Made by a program: the position numbers and the translations under genes. A stretch of 64,000 nt of DNA, taken from positions 64,001-128,000 of the forward strand of contig CBDBKE010000002.1 in NCBI GenBank assembly GCA_965206645.1, given 5' to 3'. The notes under the pieces are model-generated. The model worked only from the letters and a program-made list of their open reading frames with translations. It searched no databases and was not told the origin of the DNA. Of this stretch, positions 9,004 to 17,587 are shown in pieces (within the stretch, counting starts at the first letter, position 1; each line of letters begins with the position of its first letter). The stretch is from Terriglobia bacterium (GTDB taxonomy: Bacteria; Acidobacteriota; Terriglobia; JAJPHL01; JAPKYU01).

Positions 9004-10485
9004 TTAGCGCGCTTTGGCGAACCCGTGCGCGTAGCGCGCTGGGGAGGCAAGCTTCACCAGTCGTTCGGTCTCTCCTACCTTGACTGGATGATGAGGCGAA
9101 ATGGGGGGAGGCTGCGCCACCTTGCCGGAGCCGTTCCCGTTCCAGGTCCAGTAATCTTTGCCCCAGCGGTATTTGAGAGCGCCATTCACGGCCAGGTTGG
9201 CAATCCAGAGGATCAGATCGCCACGGTTTTTCGGCATACCCAACCGCTTGATGATCGAGCGGACGGAGTAAAAGCGGCGCCAGGCATGGTTCTTTTCAAA
9301 ATGTAGCCGCTCGGCGGTGAGCAGAGGATGGTTGAAAACGATCGATCCGAGATCATATTTCGACCAATCCCGCTGAACGATCCGTTGCTCTTCCTCAAAC
9401 TGATGGAACAGGGCCGTGCCGGGCAACGGTGTCAGCAGCGAGAACTGCGCGAACTCCATCCTGGACTTCTCAATGAAATCGAGAGTCTCCCGAAACACGT
9501 CCAAGGCATCATTGTCAAAGCCGAAAATGAAGGATCCCCAAACCTTAATTCCGGCAGCGTGGATGCGGGCAATGTCGCGCATGTACTCGTCGGGCCGGTT
9601 GACGCCCTTGCCCGCGGCGCGGATGCTCTTATTAGAAAAGGTCTCAAAGCCAATGAACACTCCATGGCAGCCGCTCTCCTTAGCCAACCGCATCAGCTCC
9701 GGGTCGCGAGCGAAATTGATAGTGACCTGAGAGGCCCATGCCAGTTTCAGCGGCCGAAATGCCTTGAACAGCTCTTTGGCCCTCCGGGGCATCCCGATGA
9801 TATTGTCATCGACGAAGTAGATAAAGCGGCTGTCCAAAGCGCGAACCTCTTCCACCACCTTTTCCACCGGGCGGAAACGGTATTGGACGCCCGACATGGT
9901 GGTGACCGAGCAGAAGTTGCAATTGAAGGGGCATCCGCGGGTAGTTTGCACGGAATTGAAAATCACGTAGCCCTTCGGGTCAAGCAAGTCCCTGCGTGGA
10001 AGCGCAATTTTGGCCAGATCGATGGGTTCCGGATCGTGATAGCGTGACTTCATCCTGCCGTTCGCGAAGTCCTGGACCAAATCCGGCCAAAGCTGGTCGG
10101 CCTCACCCAACACCACCGCGTCGGCGTGTTCGGCAGCCTCATCCGGGCACATTGAGGGGTGAATCCCGCCCAGCACAACCGGGATGCCGCGGGCACGGTA
10201 CTGGTCGGCAAGAGCATAGGCAGAAGGCGCCTGCGCGGTCATCGCAGTAATCGCCACAAGGTCGGCCGACCTTGTGGCTGGCACCGGACCCAGGCAGCCA
10301 TCGTCAATGGCGACCTCATGCTCGGGCGGGGTGATCGCGGCCAGGGTCGCCAGGTTCAACGGAGGAAACAACGCCCCTTCCGCCGTAAAGTTCATACTGT
10401 CCGAGATCTTCGAGGCGTGACGGAAGAACTTCGGAGCGGCGTACATGTTCGAGTCGTTGTGAGGATTCACAAACTGGATCTTCAT
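9004..10485 (-). CDS. B12-binding-domain radical SAM protein
   Basis: PPLNLATLAA, VLGGIHPS, RGCPFNCNFC (CxxxCxxC); start placed at MKIQFV. Confidence 0.9.
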   Translation of the reverse strand: MKIQFVNPHNDSNMYAAPKFFRHASKISDSMNFTAEGALFPPLNLATLAAITPPEHEVAIDDGCLGPVPATRSADLVAITAMTAQAPSAYALADQYRARGIPVVLGGIHPSMCPDEAAEHADAVVLGEADQLWPDLVQDFANGRMKSRYHDPEPIDLAKIALPRRDLLDPKGYVIFNSVQTTRGCPFNCNFCSVTTMSGVQYRFRPVEKVVEEVRALDSRFIYFVDDNIIGMPRRAKELFKAFRPLKLAWASQVTINFARDPELMRLAKESGCHGVFIGFETFSNKSIRAAGKGVNRPDEYMRDIARIHAAGIKVWGSFIFGFDNDALDVFRETLDFIEKSRMEFAQFSLLTPLPGTALFHQFEEEQRIVQRDWSKYDLGSIVFNHPLLTAERLHFEKNHAWRRFYSVRSIIKRLGMPKNRGDLILWIANLAVNGALKYRWGKDYWTWNGNGSGKVAQPPPISPHHPVKVGETERLVKLASPARYAHGFAKAR

Positions 10486-10746
10486 AAGCTCGCAACCCCT
10501 TCCACCAACGAGATCAGGCAAGAGAAGCCGCACAACCGTAGCATAGAAAACTACTCAAGTACATCTAAAGTCATTGTTTATTCTGATGTTACCGAAGCAG
10601 GCAGGCGACCGTCAGAGGCAAAGGCGACCCGGCCTCATCTCTAGCCCGGGGCCGTGAGCCTGAGGAGCTGGCGGCCGCTGGGCCACCTACCGCGGGCACA
10701 CCGTTCCCTCCTGGGTCCTGGCGGAACGGGATCGTCCAGCGGTAGC

Positions 10747-12150
10747 CTACGACTGAACCGACCCCTCCGTCCCGGAAGCAGCCCAACCCGAGCCGCCAGC
10801 AAACTCCTCCATCACCAGGTCCAGCGGCGCCTCGCACATGAACTCCAGCCCCTGCATCTCCTCCAGCGCCGCTCGCACGCTGGCCGGCGGCGCTGGCTCC
10901 AGGGTGATGACAAATGGCAGGTGATCCTTGTCCCAGCCGCGCTCCTGGATCACCGCGTCAATGTTGATGCTGTGGCGCGCCAGGATGTCGGCCAGCGCAG
11001 CGATGATCCCCGGCCGGTCGCGCACCACAAAGCGCAGGTAGTGTCGCCCCACCGGCCCGAGGCCGGAGGGGGCTGTGTCGAGCGCCGATGGAACAAGCTC
11101 CGCCGCCTGGTAGCCGAACGGAGGAACACGGTGCTGGGCGCCGGAGCGCAGGTCGCGGGCGGCACGGATCAGGTCGGCCACTACCGCGATGCCGGTGGGG
11201 CCGCCGCCGGCCCCGCGCCCGTAGTAGAGCGTATCGCCTCCGCGGCGTCCCTGGACCCAGACGGCGTTGTACGCCCCGTCCACTTTGGCCAGCACATGCT
11301 CCTGGGGGATCAGCAGGGGTTGCACGAAAAGGTTCAAGCCGGCGCCAGCCCCTCGCCGGGCGGCGCCGATCAGCCGGATGGTCAAGCCCAGCCGATTGGC
11401 GTAGCGGAAATCGAGCGGAGTGACCCGCGTGATGCCGCAGCAGGGGATGCCGCCGGTGATAACGGGAACGCCAAAGGCCAACCGCGCCAGTATGGCCAGT
11501 TTGTAGCGGGCGTCGTAGCCCTCCACGTCGGCTGTCGGGTCGGCTTCGGCATAGCCGCGCTCCTGCGCTATTTTCAGGACGTCGCCTAGCTCCATTCCGG
11601 TCTTCTCCATGGAGGTCAGAATGAAATTGGCGGTGCCGTTGAGGATGCCGAATAGTGCTTCGATCCGCTCACCTGCCAGGCCTTCGCGTACCGCGGCCAG
11701 CACCGGGATGCCGCCGGCCACCGCTGCCTCAAACTCAAGGCCCACGCCGCGCCCGCGGGCCAGCGCTTCCAGTTCCGTACCTGCCTCAGCGATCAGGTTC
11801 TTGTTGGCGGTCACCACCGGCTTGCCCGCCTCCAGCGCTGCGGTTACTATCTGACGCGCCACTGTGGTCCCTCCCACCAGTTCGGCGACGATGTCCACGT
11901 CAGGCGAGGCAACCACCTCGTGCCAGTCCGGCGTGCGCCGCACGCCGGCGGGCAGCCAGCTTGTGTCGCGCTGCTGAATGTTGCGGCTACAGACAACGGC
12001 CATGTCAATCTCGAAACCCGCGCGTGCCCGAATCTCCTCCCGATGCTCCACGAGCGCGCGCGCCGCGCCCTGTCCCACGGTCCCGAACCCAACGATTCCG
12101 ACTTTCGTAATTGCGGCTTGCGGCTTGCGGATTGCGGACTGCTTCTTCAT
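10747..12150 (-). CDS. hom: Homoserine dehydrogenase with ACT domain
   Basis: GFGTVG, VVTANK, FEAAVAGGIP, GILNGTANFIL, GYAEADPTADVEG, DRPGIIA. Confidence 0.96.
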   Translation of the reverse strand: MKKQSAIRKPQAAITKVGIVGFGTVGQGAARALVEHREEIRARAGFEIDMAVVCSRNIQQRDTSWLPAGVRRTPDWHEVVASPDVDIVAELVGGTTVARQIVTAALEAGKPVVTANKNLIAEAGTELEALARGRGVGLEFEAAVAGGIPVLAAVREGLAGERIEALFGILNGTANFILTSMEKTGMELGDVLKIAQERGYAEADPTADVEGYDARYKLAILARLAFGVPVITGGIPCCGITRVTPLDFRYANRLGLTIRLIGAARRGAGAGLNLFVQPLLIPQEHVLAKVDGAYNAVWVQGRRGGDTLYYGRGAGGGPTGIAVVADLIRAARDLRSGAQHRVPPFGYQAAELVPSALDTAPSGLGPVGRHYLRFVVRDRPGIIAALADILARHSINIDAVIQERGWDKDHLPFVITLEPAPPASVRAALEEMQGLEFMCEAPLDLVMEEFAGGSGWAASGTEGSVQS

Positions 12151-13652
12151 TGTTTCCCGCGCCTCCCGGTTCGCAGGCCGGTTCGCAGGGAGGCAACAGC
12201 GGGTGTAACGGGCGCGCGTGCCGCGGGTGGCGCCAGTTCGAGCAGGGCGGCGTGCACGGCCCGTAGCGCCGGCGCTAACTCGGCTTCATCCACGGCGACC
12301 GAGATGTTGGTTTCCGTGGCGCCCTGAGCGATGGCGATCACGTTGATCCCCTCCCCCGACAGCGCCCCGAAAAGCTTGCCGGAGATGCCCACCGTGCCTC
12401 GCATGCCACTGCCCACCAGCGCCAGGATGGCGACGCCCGACTGCACCCGCAGTGGGCGCAGGTAGCCGTGGGCCAACTCGACGGCGAACGTCTCCTTCAG
12501 CCGGCACTCGACCGCGGCGGCGGCGCGCTCCTGGACAGCGAAACAAAAGCTCTCTTCGCGCGAGGCCTGCGACAGCATCAGCAGGTCCACCCGGTCGTGG
12601 GCCAGCACCGACAGGGCGCGGCTCATGATACGCAGCACGCTCAACTGCCCGCTGCTTTCCATGGTGATGAGCACGGCGCGCTTCAGTGCGGTGACGGCGC
12701 GGGCGCCAGAACCGCTGTCCAGCCCGAATGCGCCTCGCGGAGCGATCACCGTGCCGGGCAACTCGGGGCGAAAACTGGACTTGATCCACACCGGGATGCC
12801 CCGCTCGGCCAGCGGCGCCAGCGTCTTCGGGTGCAGTACCTTGGCGCCGTAGTAGGAAAGCTCGGCAGCCTCCTGATAGGTGACTGCCTCCAGCACGCGT
12901 GCCTGGGGGACCAAGTTGGGGTCGGCGCCCAGGATACCCTCCACGTCGGTCCAGATGATGACCTCCACCGCGTCCAGGCAGGCGGCCACCAGGCTGGCGG
13001 AGAAATCGGAGCCGCCGCGTCCCAGGGTGGTCGGCGTCCCTTCGACCGTAGCGCCGATGAACCCGGTGATGATCGGCACGACGCCGGTGCCGAGCAACGG
13101 TGGTATGGCTTGCCGGAGCTTGACGGCCGTCGGTTGCAACAGCGGGGCGGCTTCACCAAAATTGCCGTCGGTCACCAGCAGCGTGGTGGCGTCCAGTGCC
13201 TGAGCAGGGGTCCCCACTTGGGCTAGAGCCTCGGCCACGAGCAGCGCGCTGAGTTTCTCTCCGCAGCACAGCACCGCATCCAGCGCTCGCGGCGGGCAAT
13301 GGCCCAGCCGGGCGATTCCCTCGCAGGTGTTCTCCACCTCGCCGAAAATCTCCATCGCGGCAACCTCAAAAACTTCGCGTGGCTCGCCGCTCAGCAGCTC
13401 CCCGGCCGCTTCCCTGCTCCGCTGGCGGACGGCCTCCAGGCTTTGCTCCATTTCGGCTCTAGAGCCAGAGGCGGCCGCCTGCGCGGCCCGCTCCAGCAGA
13501 TCAGTCACACCCGACATGGCCGAGACCACCGTCACCGTCGGCCGCTGACGGCTGTGCTCGGCAATCAGCCTGGCGGTGGCTGCGATGCGCTCGGCACTGC
13601 CCACCGAAGTGCCTCCAAACTTCATCACCAGAAGATTTTCTACACCCTGCAT
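12147..13652 (-). CDS. Aspartate kinase (monofunctional, two ACT domains)
   Basis: VMKFGGTSVG, VVSAMSGVTD, TTLGRGGSD, WTDVEG..ADP, GAKVLHP; start codon uncertain. Confidence 0.93.
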   Translation of the reverse strand: MQGVENLLVMKFGGTSVGSAERIAATARLIAEHSRQRPTVTVVSAMSGVTDLLERAAQAAASGSRAEMEQSLEAVRQRSREAAGELLSGEPREVFEVAAMEIFGEVENTCEGIARLGHCPPRALDAVLCCGEKLSALLVAEALAQVGTPAQALDATTLLVTDGNFGEAAPLLQPTAVKLRQAIPPLLGTGVVPIITGFIGATVEGTPTTLGRGGSDFSASLVAACLDAVEVIIWTDVEGILGADPNLVPQARVLEAVTYQEAAELSYYGAKVLHPKTLAPLAERGIPVWIKSSFRPELPGTVIAPRGAFGLDSGSGARAVTALKRAVLITMESSGQLSVLRIMSRALSVLAHDRVDLLMLSQASREESFCFAVQERAAAAVECRLKETFAVELAHGYLRPLRVQSGVAILALVGSGMRGTVGISGKLFGALSGEGINVIAIAQGATETNISVAVDEAELAPALRAVHAALLELAPPAARAPVTPAVASLRTGLRTGRRGKQ

Positions 13653-13762
13653 TTCAGACTTGGGAGTTCTGTTTTGCACTCGTCCTCTCCGTTTGGATGA
13701 CAGATTCGACTCCCAAAGTAACACCGGCAATCGGATATCTAACAGGCTGTCAGCATCGTCCG

Positions 13763-13801
13763 AAAATAACAATGGCCACTGCCCGTTTTCGGACCGTGGC
13801 C
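13763..13801 (-). terminator. Attenuator terminator upstream of aspartate kinase
   Basis: Minus strand GGCCAC-G-GTCCG-AAAA-CGGGC-A-GTGGCC followed by ATTGTTATTTT. Confidence 0.75.
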
Positions 13802-13838
13802 TGATTTGATTCCTGATTGTTCCCGCGCGCTCAGGCCA

Positions 13839-13898
13839 CTATCCCCACCCACCTGTTTGGGTGGCGATGCCTGTGCCTGTTGTGCGCGTTGAAAACAT
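13839..13898 (-). CDS. Thr-rich leader peptide (ThrL-like) MFSTRTTGTGIATQTGGWG
   Basis: 19 codons with 6 Thr and 1 Ile; stop codon abuts the antiterminator arm GTGGCCTGA. Confidence 0.75.
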   Translation of the reverse strand: MFSTRTTGTGIATQTGGWG

Positions 13899-14005
13899 CG
13901 CTGCTATCTTACCAAAGCTCGTCTTTTACGAGCAAGCGGTTTGCCCGCTCAGACCCGTAATCCCAAGCTCGCAATCGGGACAGGCTGCATGCCCGTCCCC
14001 ACTCC

Positions 14006-15643
14006 TCAGACGCCCCAGGCGTAGTCCTCGGCGACCGCGGCTTTCATCGCTGGGTGCCTGTCGGTTTCTCGGACCAGCCAGAGCTGGTAGGCGCTCGCCA
14101 ACGCCTGCCAGCTGGCCTCAATGATGTTCTCCGAGACGCCCACGGTGACCCAGGTGTCTTCCCCGTCGCTCGACTCCACCAGCACGCGGACGCGTGAGGC
14201 GGTGCCGTGAGCGGCGCCCAGCACCCGCACCTTGTAGTCAATCAGGTGCACGGTCTTGACCCCCGGGTACAGCGCCGAAAGCGACTGGCGCAGGCAATCG
14301 TCCAGGGCGTGTACCGGGCCGATATGCTCTGAGGTGGAAGTGTAGGTGTGCCCACCTGCCTCCAGGCGCAGAAACGCGCGGGAGAGCGGAGGCGCACCCA
14401 CCTTCTTGTCGATGCTGAGGCGGAACTCGCCGAGGCGGAAGAACTCCGTAGGAGTTCCCTGAGCCTGGTGGGCCAGCAACTCCAGGGTTCCCTCGGCGGC
14501 CTCCAGGTCATAGCCCATTGATTCCAGTTGCTTGACCTGGCGGACCAGGTCGCCGGCGCTGGCACCATCGAGCTTGCCCTCGAAACCTAGCTCAGTGAGC
14601 CTGTACTGCACGTTACCCTTGCCGGACAGCTCGCTAACCAGCACGCGCCGCTGGTTGCCTACCAGCTCCGGGCCGATGTGCTCGTAGGTGGCCGTGTCTT
14701 TCATCACAGCGTTGACGTGGATGCCGCCCTTATGCGCAAAGGCGCTGCGGCCCACAAACGGCATATCGCCGCGCAGCGGCTGGTTGGCCAGCTCAGCCAC
14801 GTAGCGGGCCACCCCCGGCAGCGTGCGCAACTTCTCCGGCCCGACCATCCGTTTCTTCAGCTTCAGCTCCAGCACCGGGATCACCGAACACAGGTTGGCG
14901 TTGCCAGTGCGCTCACCGTAGCCATTGATGGTGCCCTGGATGTGGGCGGCGCCGGCCAGCACCGCCACCAGCGTGTTGGCCACTCCCAGCTCGCAATCGT
15001 TGTGGGCATGGATGCCCAGACGCACCCGGACCCGCCGGCGGGCCTCCGCGGTCGCCGCTGAAATAAACTCAGGCAAGCTGCCCCCATTGGTGTCACACAG
15101 CACGACCGCGTCTGCGCCGGCCTCCTGGGCCACTTCCAGGGTTCCCAGTGCGTAACCGGGGTCGGCGGCATACCCGTCGAAGAAGTGCTCGGCGTCGAAG
15201 ATGACCTCCCTGCCGTGCGCTTTCAGGTAGGACACCGTCTCGGAGATCAGCTTCAGGTTTTCCTCCAGGGTAATGCCCAAGGCCCGCTCCACGTGCAGCC
15301 GCCAGCTCTTACCGAACAAGGTGACGGTGGGCGTGTTGGCCTTCAGCAGCGAGCTGACGTTGGGGTCGCCCTCGATGGCGTTCCTGGGATGGCGTGTGCT
15401 GCCGAAGGCGGCCAGCCGGGCATGCTTCAGGTCGAGCTCGCCGGCGCGCCGGAAAAACTCCTCGTCCTTGGGGTTGGAACCTGGCCAGCCGCCCTCAATG
15501 TAGTGGGCGCCCAGCTCATCCAGCCGCCGGGCGATCATCAACTTGTCGTCGGCGGAAAACGAGATGCCTTCGCCCTGGGTCCCGTCGCGCAGCGTGGTGT
15601 CGTAGACTTCGACAAAATCTCCCAGATGGGTCTGTTCCGACAT
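14006..15643 (-). CDS. cimA: Citramalate synthase
   Basis: YDTTLRDGTQGEG, IEGGWPGSNPKD, FDAEHFFDGY, HAHND, SAFAHKGG; start placed at MSEQTH. Confidence 0.92.
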   Translation of the reverse strand: MSEQTHLGDFVEVYDTTLRDGTQGEGISFSADDKLMIARRLDELGAHYIEGGWPGSNPKDEEFFRRAGELDLKHARLAAFGSTRHPRNAIEGDPNVSSLLKANTPTVTLFGKSWRLHVERALGITLEENLKLISETVSYLKAHGREVIFDAEHFFDGYAADPGYALGTLEVAQEAGADAVVLCDTNGGSLPEFISAATAEARRRVRVRLGIHAHNDCELGVANTLVAVLAGAAHIQGTINGYGERTGNANLCSVIPVLELKLKKRMVGPEKLRTLPGVARYVAELANQPLRGDMPFVGRSAFAHKGGIHVNAVMKDTATYEHIGPELVGNQRRVLVSELSGKGNVQYRLTELGFEGKLDGASAGDLVRQVKQLESMGYDLEAAEGTLELLAHQAQGTPTEFFRLGEFRLSIDKKVGAPPLSRAFLRLEAGGHTYTSTSEHIGPVHALDDCLRQSLSALYPGVKTVHLIDYKVRVLGAAHGTASRVRVLVESSDGEDTWVTVGVSENIIEASWQALASAYQLWLVRETDRHPAMKAAVAEDYAWGV

Positions 15644-15686
15644 GAATGAATCCCTATTCCTACTTCCGTGATGAGTGATCAGCAAA

Positions 15687-15853
15687 GAGTGATGAGGAAA
15701 ATCAAACACAAAGGCACGAAGGGGACAAAGATCACAAAGGATTTCGGATTGCGGGTTGAAAGATTCCGAAATCAGCAATTCGCCACCCGCAACGGGCAGT
15801 TCTTTGTGTCCTTAGTTTCTTTGTGACTTTGTGTTGTCTTTTCCGCATCACTC
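15687..15853. repeat. Long imperfect intergenic inverted repeat made of ~9-nt CACAAAG and 7-nt TTKCGGA-like units (REP-like)
   Basis: GAGTGATG..AACACAAAGGCACGAAGGGGACAAAGATCACAAAG pairs with CTTTGTGTCCTTAGTTTCTTTGTGACTTTGTGTT..CATCACTC. Confidence 0.7.
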
Positions 15854-15861
15854 TTGCTCTG

Positions 15862-16893
15862 TTAGCGGGAGACGGCCGCGCTCTTACCGAGGTAGCTCAT
15901 CATCTCGCGCAGCTTCTTGCCCACCTGCTCGATCGGATGCTCGGCCTCCTGCTTGCGGAGACGGTTCATGTTCGGCCGCCCGTTCTTGTTTTCCTCGACC
16001 CACTCCTTGGCAAAAGCTCCGGACTGGACGTCGGCCAGAATCTTCTTCATGGTGGCGCGAACGTGGTCGTCAACCACCACCGGACCACGGGTTAGGTCGC
16101 CGTATTCGGCCGTGTCGCTCACCGAGTAGCGCATGTAGGCCAGGCCGCCCTGCTGGATCAGGTCCACGATCAGCTTCAACTCGTGCAGGCACTCGAAGTA
16201 GGCGACCTCCGGCTGGTAGCCGGCTTCGACCAGCGTCGTAAAGGCGGCTTTGATTAGCGCCGAAGTGCCGCCGCACAGCACCGCCTGCTCGCCGAACAGG
16301 TCACTTTCGGTCTCCTCCTTGAAGGTGGTCTCGATCAGCCCAGCCTTCAGGGCGCCCAGCCCGTCGGCATAGGCCAGGGCGGTCTGGCGGGCGGTGCCGC
16401 TCGGGTCCTGGTGCACGGCCAGCAGGGCCGGTACGCCGACGCCCTCGACGTACAGTTCTCGCACCCGGTGGCCCGGGCCCTTCGGCGCTACCATCGCAAC
16501 GTCCACATCGGCTGACGGCATCACCTGCTTGAAGTGAATGTTGAAGCCGTGGGCAAACAGCACCAGCTTTCCCTTGCCCTTGCCCTTGCCCTGGCCCTTG
16601 CCCAGATGAGGCTGCATCTCGCTGTAGACTCCCGGAGCCTTTTCGTCCGGCACCAGGAGGGTAATGATGTCGGCGCTCGCGGCGGCCTCCGCGACGCCCA
16701 ACACCTCCAGCTTCTCCCGGCGGGCTTTCTCCGCCGACTTGCTGCCAGCGTAAAGCCCGACCACCACCTTCACCCCGCTATCGCGCAAATTTAGCGCGTG
16801 CGCGTGGCCCTGGCTCCCGTAGCCAATGATGGCCACAGTCTTCTTGTTGATATAGGCGCGATCCGTGTCGCCCTGGTAGTAGATTTTCGCCAT
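15862..16893 (-). CDS. ilvC: Ketol-acid reductoisomerase
   Basis: [47 protein letters not shown]. Confidence 0.98.
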   Translation of the reverse strand: MAKIYYQGDTDRAYINKKTVAIIGYGSQGHAHALNLRDSGVKVVVGLYAGSKSAEKARREKLEVLGVAEAAASADIITLLVPDEKAPGVYSEMQPHLGKGQGKGKGKGKLVLFAHGFNIHFKQVMPSADVDVAMVAPKGPGHRVRELYVEGVGVPALLAVHQDPSGTARQTALAYADGLGALKAGLIETTFKEETESDLFGEQAVLCGGTSALIKAAFTTLVEAGYQPEVAYFECLHELKLIVDLIQQGGLAYMRYSVSDTAEYGDLTRGPVVVDDHVRATMKKILADVQSGAFAKEWVEENKNGRPNMNRLRKQEAEHPIEQVGKKLREMMSYLGKSAAVSR

Positions 16894-16974
16894 AGGCTCC
16901 TTTTCGCCGTCTGCCTACCGCCCGCTACCTGCTGCCCACCGGCATGGCGGGCTAAAGCCTGCCGCTACGAGATG

Positions 16975-17502
16975 CTACTTCTCTGCCGCGACCGCCGAAG
17001 TTTTCACCGGCCCGTTCTTGCTGACGCTAGCGCCACGCGGCAATGCCACCGAGCCGCTGCGCACCATGTCCACGCGCCCGTAGTGTTCCAGAACTTGCAG
17101 CAGCGCCTTCAGCTTGTCGCCGTCGCCGGTCACTTCAAGCGTGATGCTGGCCGGGTGGGTGTCTACCACCCGCGCCCGAAAGATTTCGGCTTCCTGGAGC
17201 AAGCGGGAGCGCTGCTCATGGGGCAAATGCACCTTGAGCAGCGCCAGCTCGCGTTGCACAGAGGGCATTCTTGAGAAGTCGAGCACCTGAACCACGTTGA
17301 TTTGCTTGTTGAGCTGCTTCAACACCTGCTCGCGGATCCTATCTTCCACGTCCACCACCATGGTGATGCGGGACAGCAAGGGGTCCGGAGTCCGGGCCAC
17401 CGTCAAGCTTTCAATGTTAAAGCCGCGGGCACTGAACACCCCAGCAATGCGGGCCAGCACGCCCGACTTGTTCTCGACCAGCACCGATAGGGTTTGCGCC
17501 AT
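16975..17502 (-). CDS. ilvN: Acetolactate synthase small subunit
   Basis: LSVLVENKSGVLARIAGVFSARGFNIESLTV, KQLNK, RELALLKV. Confidence 0.96.
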   Translation of the reverse strand: MAQTLSVLVENKSGVLARIAGVFSARGFNIESLTVARTPDPLLSRITMVVDVEDRIREQVLKQLNKQINVVQVLDFSRMPSVQRELALLKVHLPHEQRSRLLQEAEIFRARVVDTHPASITLEVTGDGDKLKALLQVLEHYGRVDMVRSGSVALPRGASVSKNGPVKTSAVAAEK

Positions 17503-17587
17503 GGTTCTTTCGTTTGTTCTATGCTTCGAGTGGCATCAAAACCGCTTAAGAACGGCCTTTTTTGCAAACGTCCTCATCCAAAATCCC

